This document shows positions 25,726 to 27,203 of a stretch of 27,203 nucleotides of DNA, piece by piece; position 1 is the first letter of the stretch; each line of letters starts with the position of its first letter. A program made the position numbers and the translations under genes. Source of the stretch: Candidatus Heimdallarchaeota archaeon (GTDB lineage: Archaea > Asgardarchaeota > Heimdallarchaeia > Heimdallarchaeales > Heimdallarchaeaceae); NCBI GenBank assembly GCA_016840095.1, contig JAEOSZ010000016.1, positions 1 through 27,203 of the forward strand. The letters run 5' to 3'. The notes below the pieces were generated by a model. That model had not been told where the DNA came from and searched no databases. It saw nothing but the letters and a program-made list of their open reading frames with translations.

Positions 25726-26403
25726 ATGTATGAAGGGAGATTACAATCGATTTTTTATGCAGGAATTTCGAAGTTTATAGGAATTGGAGTCATGATCATT
25801 CTTTCTCTAATTATGAGTCTTCTGAATTTCTACGGTTCAGTTGGTTTTGAAGGGTATATTATATACACAGCAACAAGTGAATGTTTGAGATATCTATTTG
25901 ATATAATTTTCTTTCTGTTGATAGCTATAGGATTTAATCAAATCTATGATGAAAATCCCAGATTAATAGAAGCAAATAAGATTTTTATATCCTCAGTAGT
26001 TTATACCATGTTTCTTTTAGCAGATATTGTTATGGTGATTCTTCTGTTCACAATAGGTTCAGAAGTTGTAGTTTATATTACAGGAGCTTTTTACATATTA
26101 ACTGCTTTTCCAGCAATCTATGCTTGTTTGAAACTCTATGGGTATTTCGACAAAACTGAAACCACAAACAAACTCAAGATACTTAACTATTCATTCATCA
26201 TTCTTGGTTTTGCTATAATGTTCCAGTTTATCCTAATAGGGATTGGAATAATGTTACCAGCAAGTATAGGAATAGCATTCCAAACAGTTAGTAACACTTT
26301 TGGTTCAGTAGCATATGTTGTGTTTATTATAGCAGCTTCTGCCACAATTATTCATTCAAAAGAACCATCCAAATTTTCAAGAGTGACTGAAGTGTCACTT
26401 TGA
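25726..26403 (+). CDS. Hypothetical polytopic membrane protein (about 6 TM)
   Basis: Alternating hydrophobic segments; no family recognised. ATG 25726 is preferred over TTG 25714. Confidence 0.7.
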   Translation: MYEGRLQSIFYAGISKFIGIGVMIILSLIMSLLNFYGSVGFEGYIIYTATSECLRYLFDIIFFLLIAIGFNQIYDENPRLIEANKIFISSVVYTMFLLADIVMVILLFTIGSEVVVYITGAFYILTAFPAIYACLKLYGYFDKTETTNKLKILNYSFIILGFAIMFQFILIGIGIMLPASIGIAFQTVSNTFGSVAYVVFIIAASATIIHSKEPSKFSRVTEVSL

Positions 26404-26409
26404 TTTCTT

Positions 26410-27024
26410 TTATTTATGCCATACAGTTACTTCATCAACAGTCATCCTTGGTTCCCTCTTGGGATCTTCATCAGGATATCCAAGCGCTATTGCAGCAACT
26501 AAGGGCCCAGAGTACCCTATTTTGATATCTAACTGATCACCAAGTTTTGTCAACTCCTTTCTAAATTCTGATTCTTCTTGTTCGATGCTAAGTAGCTTAA
26601 GTATTGCTGGTTCAACAAATAAAACATCATTTATCCAAACTGCACCTAAACCCATACTATGTATTTTTAAAAGCATGTTTTGAATTGCAGCTGAAACTGA
26701 TTGAATCTCCGCAGTAATTCCACCCCATTCACATGTCTGAATTACAACAATAACAACAGGTGCTTGATCCATAATTTTGAATGTTTGAGCTGTTGAAGTC
26801 ATTAGAGAAACTTTAGGCATTCTTTCGAGTTCATCCTTACAGATTTGAACTAGATTATCTTTTGCTTTCCCTTGAAAAACATGAAATCTCCATTGAACTC
26901 TATTCTTTGCAGAAGGAGCTCTATTCCCTGCATCCAGGATTTTTATAATTTGTTCTTTTGAAAGAGGTTTATCTTTATACTTTCGTATTGACCTTCTATT
27001 TTTGATAACATCATCAATGAACAT
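26410..27024 (-). CDS. Nitroreductase family protein
   Basis: RRSIRKY, APSAKNRVQWRF, AAIQNMLL..HSMGLGAVW, IALGYP. Confidence 0.92.
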   Translation of the reverse strand: MFIDDVIKNRRSIRKYKDKPLSKEQIIKILDAGNRAPSAKNRVQWRFHVFQGKAKDNLVQICKDELERMPKVSLMTSTAQTFKIMDQAPVVIVVIQTCEWGGITAEIQSVSAAIQNMLLKIHSMGLGAVWINDVLFVEPAILKLLSIEQEESEFRKELTKLGDQLDIKIGYSGPLVAAIALGYPDEDPKREPRMTVDEVTVWHK

Positions 27025-27069
27025 GATTAAAAAATGGATTTCTGGAATTAAAGATTTGTGGAGAAATGT

Positions 27070-27203
27070 CTATCTTTCATTGTGGTCTATTTCTTCACTC
27101 TCATCAGACTTACTTACTTCTTGAATCCTCTCTATACCTTGATACACTTCAATTAATTCCACAACTTCAGAAGGAATCAAATCTTTCCATTCTTTCCCTT
27201 TGA
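27070..27203 (-). CDS. nadM: 3' end of archaeal-type nicotinamide-nucleotide adenylyltransferase (partial)
   Basis: Manual translation KGKEWKDLIPSEVVELIEVYQGIERIQEVSKSDESEEIDHNER-TAG matches the GxxWxxLVPxxVxxxIxxxxGxERI C-terminus of archaeal NMNAT; only about 44 codons are visible. Confidence 0.72.
   Translation of the reverse strand, partial: KGKEWKDLIPSEVVELIEVYQGIERIQEVSKSDESEEIDHNER

Noticed and set aside
17640-27024. A dedicated flavin/redox cluster (two nitroreductases and a PNPOx-like protein)
   Set aside because: The genes are scattered, differently oriented and from large common families; nothing links them beyond cofactor use.
1-27203. Mobile elements, defence systems, tRNA/rRNA genes, CRISPR arrays
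   Set aside because: No transposase, integrase, cas or defence motifs were seen. Intergenic gaps are short and AT-rich with no cloverleaf or regular repeat array.

Overview
AT-rich (roughly one-third G+C by eye), gene-dense window of archaeal character. TATA-like boxes lie about 22-26 nt upstream of many start codons, oligo-T tracts follow several genes, and the window has an archaeal-type NadM C-terminus, a COG1751/PK_C-like protein and secreted proteins rich in N-glycosylation sequons with C-terminal TM plus basic tails. The gene style suggests an Asgard archaeon (Heimdallarchaeia-like), but this is inference because no marker gene is present. Content in order: two tandem DUF3160 paralogues (one runs off the left edge, the other is split by a single in-frame TAA), carboxylesterase, CxxC-less TrxR-fold ferredoxin-NADP reductase, SAM methyltransferase, dolichol/phytol-kinase-family protein, PK_C-like protein, hypothetical protein, MOP/Wzx flippase fused to a secreted domain, HEAT-like protein, membrane metal-dependent hydrolase, GH31 glucosidase, PIG-L deacetylase, an unannotated doubly frameshifted M32 carboxypeptidase remnant, surface-anchored clostripain, two nitroreductases, PNPOx-like protein, DUF1028 protein, two NudB-like Nudix paralogues flanking a surface-anchored Zn-PLC/S1-P1 + GIFT-like fusion, a membrane-tethered wHTH regulator with an extracellular partner and a GTACA-repeat promoter, M17 leucyl aminopeptidase, a multi-TM protein and the 3' end of nadM. 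No rRNA, tRNA, CRISPR array or transposase was recognised. The best candidates for undescribed systems are the polyprenol-kinase/flippase/GH31/PIG-L neighbourhood and the membrane-tethered wHTH plus partner module.
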